From: an uncultured Bdellovibrionales bacterium
GTDB taxonomy: Bacteria; Bdellovibrionota; Bdellovibrionia; Bdellovibrionales; SG-bin7
DNA: 44,140 nucleotides
Assembly: GCA_964415155.1 (NCBI GenBank)
Contig: CAYPZY010000001.1
Span: 1-44,140, forward strand
Direction of reading: 5' to 3'
This document shows positions 42,617 through 44,140 of the stretch, one piece after another. The first letter of the stretch is position 1; every line of letters begins with the position of its first letter. The translations under genes were made by a program, and so were the position numbers. Below the pieces are notes generated by a model. That model saw only the letters and a program-made list of their open reading frames with translations. It was not told where the DNA came from and searched no databases.

Positions 42617-42847
42617 ATGGCGACTACCATTTGCATGACTTGCAACACTGGGAACGTTTCAAGCCCTTGTGAGGTTTGCGGAGGGACGGATATTAGCTGG
42701 GATGAATGGGACGATCATCACGAGAAAGATTTGGAGGAAGAATGGAAGGCATCCAAGCAATGGACCCCGACTCTGAAGATGAAAAAATTTCTTATGAATT
42801 GGTGGGATTTTACAAGGAATTTATTCAAACGAATGTCATTAATCTAA
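42617..42847 (+). CDS. small zinc-ribbon protein (CMTC ... CEVCGG)
   Basis: Two CxxC pairs in the first 25 aa. The 3' third overlaps the next ORF. Confidence 0.5.
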   Translation: MATTICMTCNTGNVSSPCEVCGGTDISWDEWDDHHEKDLEEEWKASKQWTPTLKMKKFLMNWWDFTRNLFKRMSLI

Positions 42848-43104
42848 TAGACAGAAACGAAAAATTAACTCCTCGAATGAAGATAACAATACTCGGTACG
42901 ATTTTCACAGACCTTCTGGTTAATCTGCTCAACGGTTTCTTTACAATAGAAGGCAAAGCTAATTTTATTAAAATATTTTTAACCGAACTAAAGATAGATT
43001 GGTCAGAAAGCAAAGAATCCACTCAGGCGAATGTCATTAATTTAAAGGAGGAAGAAGTTATCTACGAAAACAAAGCGCCGTGCGAAAGGGACGCTCATGA
43101 CTGA
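42742..43104 (+). CDS. hypothetical protein (120 aa from ATG 42742; ORF open from 42706)
   Basis: GGAGG lies 4 nt before ATG 42742. The ORF is in the -1 frame relative to the upstream Zn-ribbon ORF. Confidence 0.45.
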   Translation: MEGIQAMDPDSEDEKISYELVGFYKEFIQTNVINLIDRNEKLTPRMKITILGTIFTDLLVNLLNGFFTIEGKANFIKIFLTELKIDWSESKESTQANVINLKEEEVIYENKAPCERDAHD

Positions 43105-43237
43105 CTGGGTCTACATTACAATGTTTTTGGTTTGGTTTATTATCTTCCTCCCAATTGTGCTGGCTGGTGGACTTATTCAAGCATTCATCGAGGCTTTTGA
43201 AATGGGAAGAGAACTATTTAAAAGGATGTTAAAATAA
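43097..43237 (+). CDS. 46-aa membrane miniprotein, below ORF-track cutoff
   Basis: Hand translation: MTDWVYITMFLVWFIIFLPIVLAGGLIQAFIEAFEMGRELFKRMLK. It overlaps the upstream stop by 8 nt. Confidence 0.45.
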   Translation: MTDWVYITMFLVWFIIFLPIVLAGGLIQAFIEAFEMGRELFKRMLK

Positions 43238-43413
43238 TGTCTATTTTTTCTTTAGAACGCAAAGAAGGTGAAACTTTTGAAGACTATAAGCGACGCCGCA
43301 ACGCGCTTAAAACAAAAGAGAAACTCGAATTAAAACCAAGAATGGTTTGGCCTGCCAGTAGAGGCACCTATGTAAAGCCAAAACCGGAAGGGGAGGAAGA
43401 ATGCGAGAAGTAA
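43237..43413 (+). CDS. 58-aa basic protein, below ORF-track cutoff
   Basis: Hand translation: MSIFSLERKEGETFEDYKRRRNALKTKEKLELKPRMVWPASRGTYVKPKPEGEEECEK. TAATG coupling to the upstream gene. Confidence 0.45.
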   Translation: MSIFSLERKEGETFEDYKRRRNALKTKEKLELKPRMVWPASRGTYVKPKPEGEEECEK

Positions 43414-43601
43414 CAATGGTAGTTACTATATTTGTTTCTCTATTTTTATTTATTTTAGGATTTATTTATCTTGCCACTTGCAAGGAAGTGGCGGTGGTAA
43501 ATAAATTATTCGATAAAAATTACACCTGCTCCGAGTTCTTCTGGTCAGGGGATACAATTAAACAATCATTAATAGGTCATAAAGTTAATTTTTCGGAGTG
43601 A
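43401..43601 (+). CDS. small membrane protein (66 aa)
   Basis: GGAGG lies 4 nt before the ATG. TM-like segment VVTIFVSLFLFILGFIYLA. Confidence 0.5.
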   Translation: MREVTMVVTIFVSLFLFILGFIYLATCKEVAVVNKLFDKNYTCSEFFWSGDTIKQSLIGHKVNFSE

Positions 43602-43603
43602 AT

Positions 43604-43753
43604 ATGCGACAACGCTGTAAAGTTTGCGGAAAAATGAGGAAGCGCGTGCACGAAGCAAAAATGCCTTGCGGCTTTCCTCGTAAAAAAGAAGTTCAGTTTT
43701 ATGACGTACCGGCGAAGCGATTGAAAAGAACTATTATGATGAGGTTTAAATAA
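43604..43753 (+). CDS. 49-aa basic Cys-containing miniprotein, below ORF-track cutoff
   Basis: Hand translation: MRQRCKVCGKMRKRVHEAKMPCGFPRKKEVQFYDVPAKRLKRTIMMRFK. It has a CxxC plus a further Cys and His. Its stop overlaps the next ATG. Confidence 0.4.
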   Translation: MRQRCKVCGKMRKRVHEAKMPCGFPRKKEVQFYDVPAKRLKRTIMMRFK

Positions 43754-44013
43754 TGAAAACTAAACTTCAAAGTGAATGTGTAGAACAATTATATAAAATT
43801 TTCGGGAAGTTTACAGAAATGGGTTCTCCAAGACCCATTGGAATAGTTATTGTGGAAATTGAATCTTCAAAGGAAAGAAAAGCTTACATTGGAACTGGGG
43901 TTGGGGTGAGTGAAGAGAGAGACATTGATATGATTTTAAACCACGGCGCAAAATTTCATTTATTCACAGCGGAATCAATTATTGAAAAACTTAAAGGGGG
44001 AAATAATGGGTGA
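43753..44013 (+). CDS. hypothetical protein (86 aa)
   Basis: ORF coupled at both ends (TAATG upstream, ATGGGTGA downstream). Confidence 0.55.
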   Translation: MKTKLQSECVEQLYKIFGKFTEMGSPRPIGIVIVEIESSKERKAYIGTGVGVSEERDIDMILNHGAKFHLFTAESIIEKLKGGNNG

Positions 44014-44140
44014 CTTACAATCTCAACTCTTACAATTGATCGAGTCTCAATTACCAGAGCAAACCGCTGGGGTGCTGCGATCCTATTTAAAGGACACCCA
44101 AAATATAAAACAAGAATTGGAAGCTTCAAGAGAAGCTTTA
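44006..44140 (+). CDS. 5' portion of junction-spanning coiled-coil protein (continues at base 56)
   Basis: ATG 44006 overlaps the upstream stop. The frame stays open to the contig end, and its last 18 codons lie within the 55-bp terminal repeat (bases 2-55). Confidence 0.6.
   Translation, partial: MGDLQSQLLQLIESQLPEQTAGVLRSYLKDTQNIKQELEASREAL
44086..44140. repeat. Terminal direct repeat identical to 1-55
   Basis: Exact 55-bp identity with the contig start. Confidence 0.95.

Noticed and set aside
1-44140. Lysogeny module, diversity-generating retroelement, or toxin-antitoxin / defence cassette
   Set aside because: No integrase or recombinase motif, reverse transcriptase motif (YxDD), template/variable repeat pair near the fibre genes, or recognisable toxin domain was seen. 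The only repressor-like products are a small RHH and a small HTH protein. Absence by eye is weak evidence.

Overview
This window appears to be one complete tailed-phage genome assembled as a circle. Bases 1-55 are identical to 44086-44140, so the unique length is 44,085 bp, and one gene (44006 -> 406) crosses the junction.

The genome has two arms.
- Minus-strand late/structural arm (30223 down to 5193): small-terminase candidate, TerL, portal, scaffold-like protein, capsid candidate, decoration/fibre-like proteins, a beta-helix tailspike, two paralogous fibres, a GNAT acetyltransferase, three large Gly-tract/coiled-coil internal-protein candidates (547, 348 and 1436 aa), an M15 endolysin and a holin.
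- Plus-strand early/replication arm (31784 through the junction to 5196): ArdC-like protein, a lipoprotein metzincin, an RHH protein, an SNF2 helicase, a Toprim + P-loop primase-helicase, a PD-(D/E)xK nuclease, YopX, many tiny Zn-ribbon and membrane proteins, and an overlapped spanin-like pair.

The arms diverge from a 1.56-kb control region (30224-31783) with no credible ORF, packed with iteron-like direct and inverted repeats, palindromes, TA tracts and a TGTACA array. They converge at 5193-5196, where the two stop codons overlap.

I recognised no integrase, DNA polymerase, RNA polymerase, methyltransferase, reverse transcriptase, tRNA or CRISPR array. Strong AGGAGG-type ribosome-binding sites and lipoprotein/spanin candidates suggest a Gram-negative, SD-using host; this is inference only.

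All functional calls come from motifs read by eye in the supplied translations. No database search was run, and most small genes remain hypothetical.
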